From positions 90,001-122,000 of the forward strand of contig CAVRAI010000014.1 of assembly GCA_963718915.1 (NCBI GenBank): a DNA stretch of 32,000 bases, written 5' to 3'. Below the pieces are notes generated by a model. The model was given only the letters and a program-made list of their open reading frames with translations. It was not told the origin of the DNA and searched no databases. Shown one piece after another: positions 1 to 7,827 of this stretch. The translations under genes were made by a program, and so were the position numbers. The stretch is from an uncultured Chloroflexia bacterium (GTDB lineage Bacteria > Chloroflexota > Ktedonobacteria > Ktedonobacterales > JADMIN01). Position 1 is the stretch's first letter. Every line of letters starts with the position of its first letter.

Positions 1-478
1 TGTGCGTGTGGCCACCCGCGTAGATATGCGCGTCGCAGCCCGCGAAGAGTTGGGCCAAATCGTCATCGCTCGTCGTCGCGCGGATCGGGTCTTTGAACGA
101 CTGTGGCGAGCCGTGGTAGCAGAGCAGCGTCGCGTCGCCATCGAGGGCAATGGAGACCGTTGGCTCGAATGCCGCGATAAATTCGCGGTCACCTGGCGAG
201 AGCCGCGCCAGCGCCCAGGCGTCGATCTCCTGCAGGTTGCGGAATAGCTCGTCCGTCGCGGGCGGCTCAGGCGTCAGCAGGGTCGTGTCGGCGTCGCCCA
301 TCACCACCGGGCAGCCGATCTCACGCAGACGGCTCACCACCTCCTCAGGCTGCGGCCCAAAGGCGGCCACGTCGCCCAGGCAGACGATACGATCTACCCC
401 TTCACCCGTCATGTCGTCCAGTATCGCCTCGAAGGCGACGAGATTGCCGTGGATATCCGCGATGATGGCGATATGCAT
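1..478 (-). CDS. metallophosphoesterase family protein (3' end cut by window edge)
   Basis: Absent from the ORF track because it runs off the window. My minus-strand translation from ATG at 478 reads MHIAIIADIHGNLVAFEAILDDM..DRIVCLGDVAAFGPQPEEV..VVMGDAD..YAGGHTH. This shows the DxH, GD and GHTH metallophosphatase motifs. Confidence 0.8.
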   Translation of the reverse strand, partial: MHIAIIADIHGNLVAFEAILDDMTGEGVDRIVCLGDVAAFGPQPEEVVSRLREIGCPVVMGDADTTLLTPEPPATDELFRNLQEIDAWALARLSPGDREFIAAFEPTVSIALDGDATLLCYHGSPQSFKDPIRATTSDDDLAQLFAGCDAHIYAGGHTH

Positions 479-579
479 CTCTCTTCTCCTGCCGCGTGGT
501 AGACTCTCCCCAGCAATCATAAGCCATGAGCAACGACATGTCAGCATGATATGGAAGATATGAAGGAGGGGATAGGCGC

Positions 580-1452
580 ATGGCCCGGACATATGGCAAC
601 CAGTCGATGGTGGCTCCGCTGAAGCGTGTGCTGGTGAAGCCGCCCAGTGAGAGCGCTGAAGATGTCAGGCGGTGGCAGGAGTTTGGCTATCACTTCCCGC
701 CGGATGTGGACGAGACGCGCCGCCAGCACGATGGCCTAGTGAAACTTCTGCGTGATGCGGGCGCCGAGGTCGTTCTCGCCGAGGAGGCGCAGCCCGCCCT
801 GCTCGACTCCATCTTCGTCACCGATCCCGGATTCGTCACCGACGCGGGCGCGATCATCGGCCACATGGGCAAGCAATTGCGCCGGGGCGAGGAGCCAGCG
901 CTGGCCCGCGAGCTAGCCCGGCTGGGTATCCCCGTTCTTGGCGCGCTCGAAGGGGACGAGACACTCGAAGGCGGCGACGTCCTCTGGCTCGATCCTGAGA
1001 CGCTCGTCATCGGACGGAGCTATCGCACCAACGACGCGGGCTACCAGCGGGTGCGTGCGCTGCTGGCGGGCAGCGTGAAGAACATTCATCAGGTACAGAT
1101 GGCGCACTGGCACGGTCGTGGCGAGATACTCCACCTGCTCTCGGTCATCAGCCCAGTGGCCGAGAACCTGGCGCTGGTCTATCCTCCACTCGTTCCGGTT
1201 CCGCTCTACGAGTTGCTGGAGGCGCGCGGTATCCGCACAATAGAGGTTCCCGATAGCGAGTTCGTCACCCACGCGCCTAACGCGCTGGCGGTCGCGCCGG
1301 GCCACGTCATCACGATGCAAGGCAACCCCATCACCGCCGGACGCCTGCGCGACGCGGGCGTCACCGTCTGGGAGTACGAGGGGCGCGAGCTGACACTCAA
1401 CCGCGACGGCGGAGCCACCTGCATGACCTGCTGCCTGTTGCGGGACTATTGA
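580..1452 (+). CDS. guanidino-group-modifying enzyme (dimethylarginine dimethylaminohydrolase / arginine deiminase / amidinotransferase fold)
   Basis: Intact 290-aa ORF with GGAGG about 10 nt upstream of the ATG. It has HWHGRGEILHL and a C-terminal NRDGGATCMTCCLLRD (catalytic Cys context of this superfamily). It is divergent from the phosphoesterase gene. Confidence 0.75.
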   Translation: MARTYGNQSMVAPLKRVLVKPPSESAEDVRRWQEFGYHFPPDVDETRRQHDGLVKLLRDAGAEVVLAEEAQPALLDSIFVTDPGFVTDAGAIIGHMGKQLRRGEEPALARELARLGIPVLGALEGDETLEGGDVLWLDPETLVIGRSYRTNDAGYQRVRALLAGSVKNIHQVQMAHWHGRGEILHLLSVISPVAENLALVYPPLVPVPLYELLEARGIRTIEVPDSEFVTHAPNALAVAPGHVITMQGNPITAGRLRDAGVTVWEYEGRELTLNRDGGATCMTCCLLRDY

Positions 1453-1556
1453 GGCGCGTTCTTGAGTGCAGTGGTCGCATAGCGCGTTGACCGTTTGCCT
1501 GCCGAGGCCTGATGACCCCGGTGTATGGCTCTGCCCAGCCCTGCGCATGTCAGTTC

Positions 1557-1578
1557 GCCGTAGCATTTACGCTACGGC
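1557..1578. terminator. 8-bp stem hairpin between convergent genes (possible bidirectional terminator)
   Basis: gccgtagc-atttac-gctacggc is a perfect 8-bp stem. It lies between the stop at 1452 (+) and the stop at 1596 (-). There is no clear U-tract. Confidence 0.3.
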
Positions 1579-1595
1579 CTGCTCGCCGTATTGCA

Positions 1596-2903
1596 TCAGT
1601 CGCTCGTCGTCTCATCCACTGGCGGTGCGGCTCGTCTGTGGGGCGCGTCGAGCAGCCAGAGTGTGGCGAAGGTTGGCCGCATCGTATCGTCCACCGTGTT
1701 CAAGACGCTCTCGGTCAGATGCTCGATATCCACCAGGCTGGGCAGCCGCGCCGCGAAAGCCTGGATCGTCCGCGCCGCGTCGTAGCTGCTCCGGTAAAAG
1801 CGCCGATTGATGCCGCGCTGGACCCGGCCCCGTAGCGGCTGGAAGAGCGTCGCGATGAACAGCGTCGAGAGCGTGATCGCCACCTCCGACCCCTGGGTGG
1901 ACTCGTGGGTGATACTGCTGAACAGCACTCCCAGCAACACCACCATCACGAAGTAGACGAGCGCCAGCAGAACGGTCAGCGAGCCGTAGATGAGCGTCCG
2001 GTTGATGAGCACATCGACATTGAAGAGGCGATGGCGTAGCAGCGCGATGCCCACCGTTAGCGGCACGAGCAGCGTCGTGGCGCTGAGCAGAATCACCGCG
2101 GCGATACGCAGGACGATTGTGACGCTGCCCGTGACGATGCCGGTGAGCGCGGCCACGTGGTAGAGGACCGTCAGGAAGATGCCCAGCAGCATCCCCAGGA
2201 AGCCGAAGACAACCCATTTGGTCTGCTGGCGTTCCGGCCAGGTCGAGACCCAGGTGTAGCGATAATATTGCGCCGCCGCGCCCACCACAAACCAGGCCGC
2301 CCAGATCACGAAGGTCAGGGCAATCGCCCAGGGATGCGCCGCCACGACGGTCCCGGCAAAGAGGAAGAAGCCGATAACCCAGACGGTCCACGGAATCAGC
2401 AGCCAGACCGTCCAGCGAGGCACGAATCGCCCATTGGGGAAGATGAAGGCGAAGATGAGCAGCAGCAGCCAGCCCACCGTCTGCAGAAAGCCGTATGGCT
2501 GTAGCCAGATCGGCTCGGCGTTGAGGATGGCGTAGATGGTGCCGGGCAGCCCGGCGCCGAAGCCAACGAGCGCTAGCGCCACCAGCAGCGCGGCGGGGTC
2601 GCGCGGTTTGCGCCAGGCGATGAGCGCCGCCATGCCAAAGTAGCTGAGGACGACCAGCGCCTCGAGCGCGATATTCCAGACGGCATGGAAGCCTGGGGAG
2701 ATGCCCAGCGCGGCCAGCCCCACGCGCAGGTCGGCGGGGGGATGCAGCAGCAACTTGTAGCGGGCGACCAGACTGGCGACACAAAAGCCCATGCAGAACA
2801 GTGTGAAGACGATCCATACGCCCATGAGCAGGCGGGCGTGCGATCGGCGCCAGTGGCTCGCCAGGGTCGTCGGCGCATTGATCCGCCTGGTCCGCTGGAC
2901 CAT
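1596..2903 (-). CDS. polytopic membrane protein, sensor-like membrane domain without output domain
   Basis: Intact 435-aa ORF with about 10 hydrophobic segments and the motif FPNGRFVPRW. The cytoplasmic tail reads LFQPLRGRVQRGINRRFYRSSYDAARTIQAF..DIEHLTESVLNTV, the kind of juxtamembrane helix usually followed by GAF or kinase modules. The protein ends about 40 aa later. A paralogue lies at 10706-12015. Confidence 0.8.
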   Translation of the reverse strand: MVQRTRRINAPTTLASHWRRSHARLLMGVWIVFTLFCMGFCVASLVARYKLLLHPPADLRVGLAALGISPGFHAVWNIALEALVVLSYFGMAALIAWRKPRDPAALLVALALVGFGAGLPGTIYAILNAEPIWLQPYGFLQTVGWLLLLIFAFIFPNGRFVPRWTVWLLIPWTVWVIGFFLFAGTVVAAHPWAIALTFVIWAAWFVVGAAAQYYRYTWVSTWPERQQTKWVVFGFLGMLLGIFLTVLYHVAALTGIVTGSVTIVLRIAAVILLSATTLLVPLTVGIALLRHRLFNVDVLINRTLIYGSLTVLLALVYFVMVVLLGVLFSSITHESTQGSEVAITLSTLFIATLFQPLRGRVQRGINRRFYRSSYDAARTIQAFAARLPSLVDIEHLTESVLNTVDDTMRPTFATLWLLDAPHRRAAPPVDETTSD

Positions 2904-3048
2904 GAATGCTCCTCACTTCCGGGGCGCTCGGCTCGTGTTTCGCCGTAGGCAACTGTGGGCATCAGTATAGCAGGCTACTACGCTGACCGCCAGACAGCAC
3001 GATCCTGCCCAGGGTGGCGCATGGCTCGTAGATGGCGGATATGAGGAA

Positions 3049-3091
3049 CCGGATAGGAGCTATCGACAGACAGCACCGATAGCCTATCCGG
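3049..3091 (-). terminator. long imperfect hairpin downstream of 3149-3430
   Basis: ccggatagg-ag-ctatcg / loop acagacagcac / cgatag-cctatccgg gives 15 paired bases with a 2-nt bulge. It sits about 60 nt downstream of the minus-strand stop at 3149. Confidence 0.3.
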
Positions 3092-3148
3092 CTCATGCGC
3101 GACGCCTCGCTATCACTTGACCGGAGAAAGCGCTGTGCCCAGTGACGT

Positions 3149-3430
3149 CTAGTGTGGGTGGGGTGGAGACGAAGGCAAATCTTGCGTATCTTGTTGTGGA
3201 CGTATCTTGTTCATGATGCGATCAAGCTCGTCAGGGTAAATTGAGGGCAGGTCATATGCATTTCGCGGCGGCGCGCAGATATACGCCGGAAGTGCGCTCC
3301 TCGCGGCCGCATGGGATGCCGCCTGCCCGGGCAGTGATACTCGTCCATAGACCGCGAGTGTAGCCATGAGCAGCAGTGCGAAGATGGCAGTGGCTGCGAG
3401 TCTGCGCGGGTTCCGAATAGTCGCTGGCAT
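3149..3430 (-). CDS. small hypothetical signal-anchored/secreted protein
   Basis: 93-aa ORF with a strong SD (GGGGGAGGA) 8 nt upstream of ATG 3430. The N-terminus RRLAATAIFALLLMATLAVYG is a signal or anchor. I recognise no family. Confidence 0.55.
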   Translation of the reverse strand: MPATIRNPRRLAATAIFALLLMATLAVYGRVSLPGQAASHAAARSALPAYICAPPRNAYDLPSIYPDELDRIMNKIRPQQDTQDLPSSPPHPH

Positions 3431-3648
3431 CGTGTGTATCCTCCCCCTATTTCTTGTGTTCGCCGACCATACCCGACGACCATGTTCGTCAAGGAGTGTT
3501 GTCCTGGTGTCCAGTCTGCCCGGAGAAGTATTTCCAGACCACCGACAACCCCGACAATCACCCAGACAAGGCCTCCGACAATCGCTCGAAGTCGTTGATG
3601 AGGCAAGCTTGTGGATTTTGCGGGAGAGGTGTTATCATCAGGCAGCAA
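3211..3648 (-). CDS. candidate small TM protein (only core 3493-3606 is supported)
   Basis: Core RLRAIVGGLVWVIVGVVGGLEILLRADWTPGQHS aligns with QSEAIVVVLVGAIVRIVGGLAKLIQADWKPRQHS of ORF 7824-8066. The length difference is 9 nt, so the frame is preserved. Weak points: the starts are TTG, there is no convincing SD, and the 3' part overlaps the better-supported 3149-3430 in another frame. It may instead be conserved regulatory DNA. Confidence 0.25.
   Translation of the reverse strand: MLPDDNTSPAKSTSLPHQRLRAIVGGLVWVIVGVVGGLEILLRADWTPGQHSLTNMVVGYGRRTQEIGGGYTRCQRLFGTRADSQPLPSSHCCSWLHSRSMDEYHCPGRRHPMRPRGAHFRRISARRREMHMTCPQFTLTSLIAS
3609..3638 (+). promoter_or_regulatory. putative sigma70-type promoter of the XRE-SBP gene
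   Basis: TTGTGG, an 18-nt spacer, then TATCAT. The -10 block ggtgttatcat is conserved in the paralogous upstream region (8091-8106). The RBS GGGGGAG lies 8-14 nt before ATG 3737. Confidence 0.3.
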
Positions 3649-3736
3649 TACCGCGCACGTGTTGGAGTATGGTGTAGGCTTGAATCCTTTAGGTCGTAGC
3701 CAGTAGCCACATGGTGTAGAGGGGGAGACACGCCCT

Positions 3737-6175
3737 ATGGCCTCAACATCGTCTCTGACCTTCGCGGATCTGCTGCGGTATCACCGGACAGCCGCCGGAC
3801 TGACCCAGGAAGAGCTGGCGGAGCGGGCACACCTGAGCGTGGACGCCATCAGCACGCTGGAGCGCGGGACGCGCCGGACGCCCCGCAAAGACACGGTGGC
3901 GCTCCTCGCCGATGCATTGCGCCTCGCGTCGGAGGATCGCGCCGCATTTGTCGCCGCTGCGGCTGCCGCCCGTCGTGCCCCGTCCGTCACGCTGGCTGCC
4001 GCTCAGCCCGAGAGCCTTGTTCATGACGCCGGAGAGGCCCAAACCGCCGTAGCGTCTGCCGCCAACAACCCGCCCCGTAGCTTCGGCGCCTTCCTCGTCG
4101 ATACGTGGTCAACCGCGCGCGCGCATCTTATTGTGGTGGTTGCGCTGACCCTCGCACTACTCACTTTTATCGGCCTGCTCTTGCCGCTCATCATCCCAGC
4201 GTTACCGCGCGCGCTGGGACTGGTGACAGGTGTGGTGTCTCTGACGCTGCTAGTGGCGATCATTTTGACGCGACCATTACGCCTGACGCTAGTACATCAA
4301 TGGCGTGAGGCGCGCAAGCCGTTCGTGGCGGTGACGAGTGTGTTGTTGATGCTGGTAGGCGTGCTCACTACCCTGCCCGTCACCGGTACTGCGCCGCTCG
4401 CGCAGTCCCAGCGAGCTGTCTACGATTACAGCTACACCTACCATCATCCAACACACATTGGTGGCTCGATCACCGTCGGCTGGGCGGAGACTCTCCAGAC
4501 ATTTGCCCCGAATTGGATAGGCAACGGTATCTCGTGGTTCACGACCTCTCCGGTCTGGCAGGGATGCATCGTGCAGCTTCCTGACCAGACGCTTGGGCTG
4601 GCGGGCTGGAAGGCGGACCAATGCACACAGGTTCCCTCGGTGGACAATGGCGGAGAGAGTCACGACGAGACGACGACGACGATCCACATCGATCCTCGGG
4701 CCGTCTGGTCGAATGGTGTGCCCATCACCGCCGATGATTTTCTGTTTGGCCAGCGCCTCGCCGCCGACCCCAACCTGACCGGCGGGTTCCCCTTCGATCA
4801 GATGACACTTACCAGGCTCGATGCCCATACCGTCCGGATCCGGTGGGCAACGCCCTATCCAGATTTTCTCACTGCTCTCAGTTATTTGTTCCCAGTGCCA
4901 CTGCATGTGTATGCCACGGGCAAGTTCTCCAACATCTTCGATCCGACGACGGGCGCCTATAACTCTGCGCTGGCCCAGCAACTCAGGACGACCCCAGCGT
5001 TTAATACAACCATCCCGGTAGATAACGGCCCTTTTACCGTGCAGAGCTTCATTCCAAACCATCAGGTGGTTCTAGTCAAAAACCATCGCTTCTTCTCGAA
5101 CTTCTTTCACATGCCGGCGTTGGATAAGATCATACTGCTGCCAGCTTCCAAAGACTTTCTTCCGCAGCTTGCAGTCCCGCTTAATCCAGTGCCCCAGATG
5201 GAAGCTGATGTTATCGATCAGTATCGGCGAGGCTTGCTGGATCTCGCACTGCCGTTGACGCCGATCAACCTGCGTCAGTTAGGGAGTATACCCGGAAATC
5301 AGGTGGAAATCGGCTCCGCGTCTGATACGATAGAGCTTGGGTTTAACGAGCTCAAAGTAGCGCCCAATGTACGCACGAAGGGGGGCGTGTCCATCTTCAC
5401 CGACCGTATGGTGCGCCAAGCATTCATCGAGGCTTTTAATCGCTGTGCGGCGGTGCAATCCCTGCTCGGCGGCGTCAAGTGCAACGATCCGACTATCTTC
5501 ACCGATGAGTCAGACGCGACTGCTGCCGTCGCGGCCTACGATCCCTCCTTCAAACTGCCAGCGTACAATCCCCCCGATGCCGCGCGCCTTATGGAGGCGG
5601 CAGGCTACCATCTGGTGGACGGCGTCCGCCGCAACAAAGATGGTGTGACCCCGCTAACTCTCAGACTTGTCGTCTCGCCTGGAGCGAGCGGGAGCACCAG
5701 CATCGCACGGCAGATGCAGCAAGACTTCTCCAAGAATCTGGATGTCGGCGTAATCATCGTGGACGATCAGATCGCCTTCTGGAATCAAGCGAGCCCAATC
5801 AATACAGGCGCTTTTGACCTGATACTGGTTGAATCGCAAAACAGCGTAGATCCCATCGGACGTCTGACTTTTGATATGGCTGGGCCGTTTGATAACGCGA
5901 CGATTCAACAGGGGCTAGACCCTTTTGGGATCATCGACGCGCAGGCGAGCCAACGCGACCAATTAGCGGCACAGACGCTCTCCGACGAGCAGCGAGCGGT
6001 CATCCTGCTGAATTTGCATCGCTACTTCTCCCAGCAGTACTACGTCGAGCCGATGTATATCAACGATGTCGTCGCGCTGAAGAAGCCGACACTGTGCAAC
6101 TTCAAGCTGTGGCCAGATCCCGGCAGTCTCCTCTGGAACATCGCGGATTGGTATGTCGCGCCCATGTGCCCATAG
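3737..6175 (+). CDS. membrane-tethered XRE-family HTH regulator fused to an extracytoplasmic family-5 (DppA/OppA-like) solute-binding domain
   Basis: Intact 812-aa ORF. The N-terminus LTQEELAERAHLSVDAISTLERGTRRTPRKDTVALLADAL is an XRE HTH. Three hydrophobic helices follow at aa ~125-215. The rest has SBP_bac_5-like features (HIDPRAVWSNGVPITADDFLFG, DNGPFTVQSF.PNHQVVLVKN). No ABC permease or ATPase genes are nearby. Confidence 0.85.
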   Translation: MASTSSLTFADLLRYHRTAAGLTQEELAERAHLSVDAISTLERGTRRTPRKDTVALLADALRLASEDRAAFVAAAAAARRAPSVTLAAAQPESLVHDAGEAQTAVASAANNPPRSFGAFLVDTWSTARAHLIVVVALTLALLTFIGLLLPLIIPALPRALGLVTGVVSLTLLVAIILTRPLRLTLVHQWREARKPFVAVTSVLLMLVGVLTTLPVTGTAPLAQSQRAVYDYSYTYHHPTHIGGSITVGWAETLQTFAPNWIGNGISWFTTSPVWQGCIVQLPDQTLGLAGWKADQCTQVPSVDNGGESHDETTTTIHIDPRAVWSNGVPITADDFLFGQRLAADPNLTGGFPFDQMTLTRLDAHTVRIRWATPYPDFLTALSYLFPVPLHVYATGKFSNIFDPTTGAYNSALAQQLRTTPAFNTTIPVDNGPFTVQSFIPNHQVVLVKNHRFFSNFFHMPALDKIILLPASKDFLPQLAVPLNPVPQMEADVIDQYRRGLLDLALPLTPINLRQLGSIPGNQVEIGSASDTIELGFNELKVAPNVRTKGGVSIFTDRMVRQAFIEAFNRCAAVQSLLGGVKCNDPTIFTDESDATAAVAAYDPSFKLPAYNPPDAARLMEAAGYHLVDGVRRNKDGVTPLTLRLVVSPGASGSTSIARQMQQDFSKNLDVGVIIVDDQIAFWNQASPINTGAFDLILVESQNSVDPIGRLTFDMAGPFDNATIQQGLDPFGIIDAQASQRDQLAAQTLSDEQRAVILLNLHRYFSQQYYVEPMYINDVVALKKPTLCNFKLWPDPGSLLWNIADWYVAPMCP

Positions 6176-6206
6176 ACGCGCGGAGACGTAGCGTGCGGAG
6201 ACAGCG

Positions 6207-6244
6207 AGCCAGCGGCATAGCAGCACAAAGTCGCGCCGCTGGCT
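6207..6244. terminator. hairpin between convergent genes
   Basis: agccagcggc (6207-6216) pairs with gccgctggct (6235-6244) as a perfect 10-bp stem with an 18-nt loop. It lies between stop 6175 (+) and stop 6298 (-). Confidence 0.35.
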
Positions 6245-6297
6245 TGTCGAGCACAGCATTGCCTGGACGGCGCGCTCATCCAGCGATGATGATATCG

Positions 6298-6805
6298 TCA
6301 GATGATGATATCGTCAATCTTCCAGTCTGATCCCTCCTGTACGAACGTCATACTGCCTCCCGACTGCGCCTGGGAGCCCAGCATTTCGAGTTTCACCGTG
6401 TAGAGGAGCTGGTCAGTCGCCTCTGTTCCGCTAATCTTCAGGAAGTCTCCCTGTCCCCATTCTGAGCAGTCGAGGAAGGTTTCCCCTCGGCACGATGTGG
6501 GGTATCTGCGAAGGTTTCGTGATGGTGTGTTTGTACTGGCTCGAAAGAAAGGTGTATGCCTGATTTAAATTGCCCCCATGGACAGCGCTGCAAAACTGCG
6601 TGATCGTCTTGATGATTAACTGACCTGAGCTGACGACCGGGCTGAACTGTGGATACGGCGTTGAGTTGCCGCTCGGCAACGTGGTTGTAGCCGCCTGCGG
6701 TAGCGGCAGAGCGCAGGCTACCAGCGGAACCAACACTGCCGCGGCGAATGCGGCGCGCGCCATGAATCGGCGGATCGAACCGGCGTGATAGGCACTCTTG
6801 CTCAC
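6298..6805 (-). CDS. lipoprotein with NTF2-like/DUF4878-like domain (one frame break near 6483-6486)
   Basis: GTG start behind AAGGAG. The signal peptide has an LVAC lipobox. ORF 6431-6805 stops early, but shifting frame at a C4 run restores ..RGETFLDCSEWGQGDFLKISGTEATDQLLYTVKLEMLGSQAQSGGSMTFVQEGSDWKIDDIII* ending at 6298. That sequence parallels the C-terminus of the TIR protein ecto-domain. Confidence 0.6.
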
Positions 6806-6826
6806 TGTCTGCTCCTTTTTCCTGCG

Positions 6827-7827
6827 CTACACGTCTGACTGAACGCTATCGATCTTCCACGTGCTGCCGTCTTTGATGAACTTCATCGTCTGGTTGCTGA
6901 CTGTGGTGCTTGCGCCAGTTGCCGTGAGTGCGCTGAACTGCACCTCGTTGCTCGCGGCATCTCCATTCTCGCGGTAGAAACCATCGATGCCCGAAGAAAA
7001 AGGCTGGCACCCAGTGATTGTGACCTGCTGGCCGCCGAATGCGGTGGTTAGCTTCGTCGCAACATCTTGCGGGCTGCCGATCCGCGCCTGGAAAGCGGGC
7101 GTGAGATAGGAGTAGGCGGTCGAGTAGTCGTTGTGTGAGATGGCAGTGCAAAACGCGTTGAGTGTGACGTGGGCGCCGTTGGTCGCATTTGCCTGGGTGA
7201 GATTGAGTGCCGAGTTAGAGATGAAGTTGAATCCAAGGTAGCCGAGACCAAGGACGACCACGCATCCGATGATGATGAACACGAGCGGAATGCCCACGAT
7301 GGCCGCGGCCTGCCGCTTGTTGAGTCCGGCCGATGGCGGATTCTGGATGAATCCCTGTACTGGCGCGCCACCCCTATTTTCGTGATGTCGTCGAGCAAGG
7401 TGTTGATATCCTGCTCGAAATACTGGTTATTGTGCATCGGCGCGACGTTTTGGACCACCAACTGCTCGATGGTCGCAGGTAACGTCTCCGCATCTGGTAT
7501 CCCTGCATCGTCGATAAGCACGGGAATGATGCGTTTGCGCCAGCGAATGGCTGTCTCCACCTCGATGCGTACAGGATCGTTGGGTTGGTCGAGCCGACGT
7601 CCGTGTGCATCGCTGATGTTGAGCCATTGCGGGCCGATGACAACCAGAACAACTTTGCACTTACGGATTGTCTGGTCGATGAACTCGCGGAAGTCCACGC
7701 CGCGTGGAATCTTTTCCACATCGTAAAAGATGGCCTCTCGCCCAAATGCCTGGACCAGGTGATCGAACAGGCGACCTGTTGTCCCTTTTTCGTCTGCCCG
7801 ACGGTATGACAAAAAGATGTCATTCAT
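6827..7827 (-). CDS. TIR domain protein with C-terminal TM helix and extracytoplasmic NTF2-like domain (one frame break at 7371-7374)
   Basis: ATG 7827 gives MNDIFLSYRRADEKGTTGRLFDHL..FYDVEKIPRGVDFREFI..VVLVVIGPQWL..DPVRIEVETAIRWRKRIIPVLID, which reads as a TIR_2-like domain. After a C4 run the next frame reads GGAPVQGFIQNPPSAGLNKRQAAAIVGIPLVFIIIGCVVVLGLGYLGF plus a ~125-aa domain (ORF 6827-7297). The tail of ORF 7048-7848 is an off-frame read. Confidence 0.75.

Noticed and set aside
1612-2952. 446-aa minus-strand ORF overlapping 1596-2903 in another frame
   Set aside because: Its Arg/Ala/Gly/Pro-rich low-complexity composition is typical of off-frame translation in high-GC DNA. The overlapping frame encodes a coherent multi-TM protein with a paralogue.
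4289-5062. 257-aa ORF antisense to XRE-SBP copy A (and 9781-10509 antisense to copy B)
   Set aside because: The sense strand encodes a continuous 812-aa protein with recognisable domains. The antisense ORFs have no motifs or start signals.
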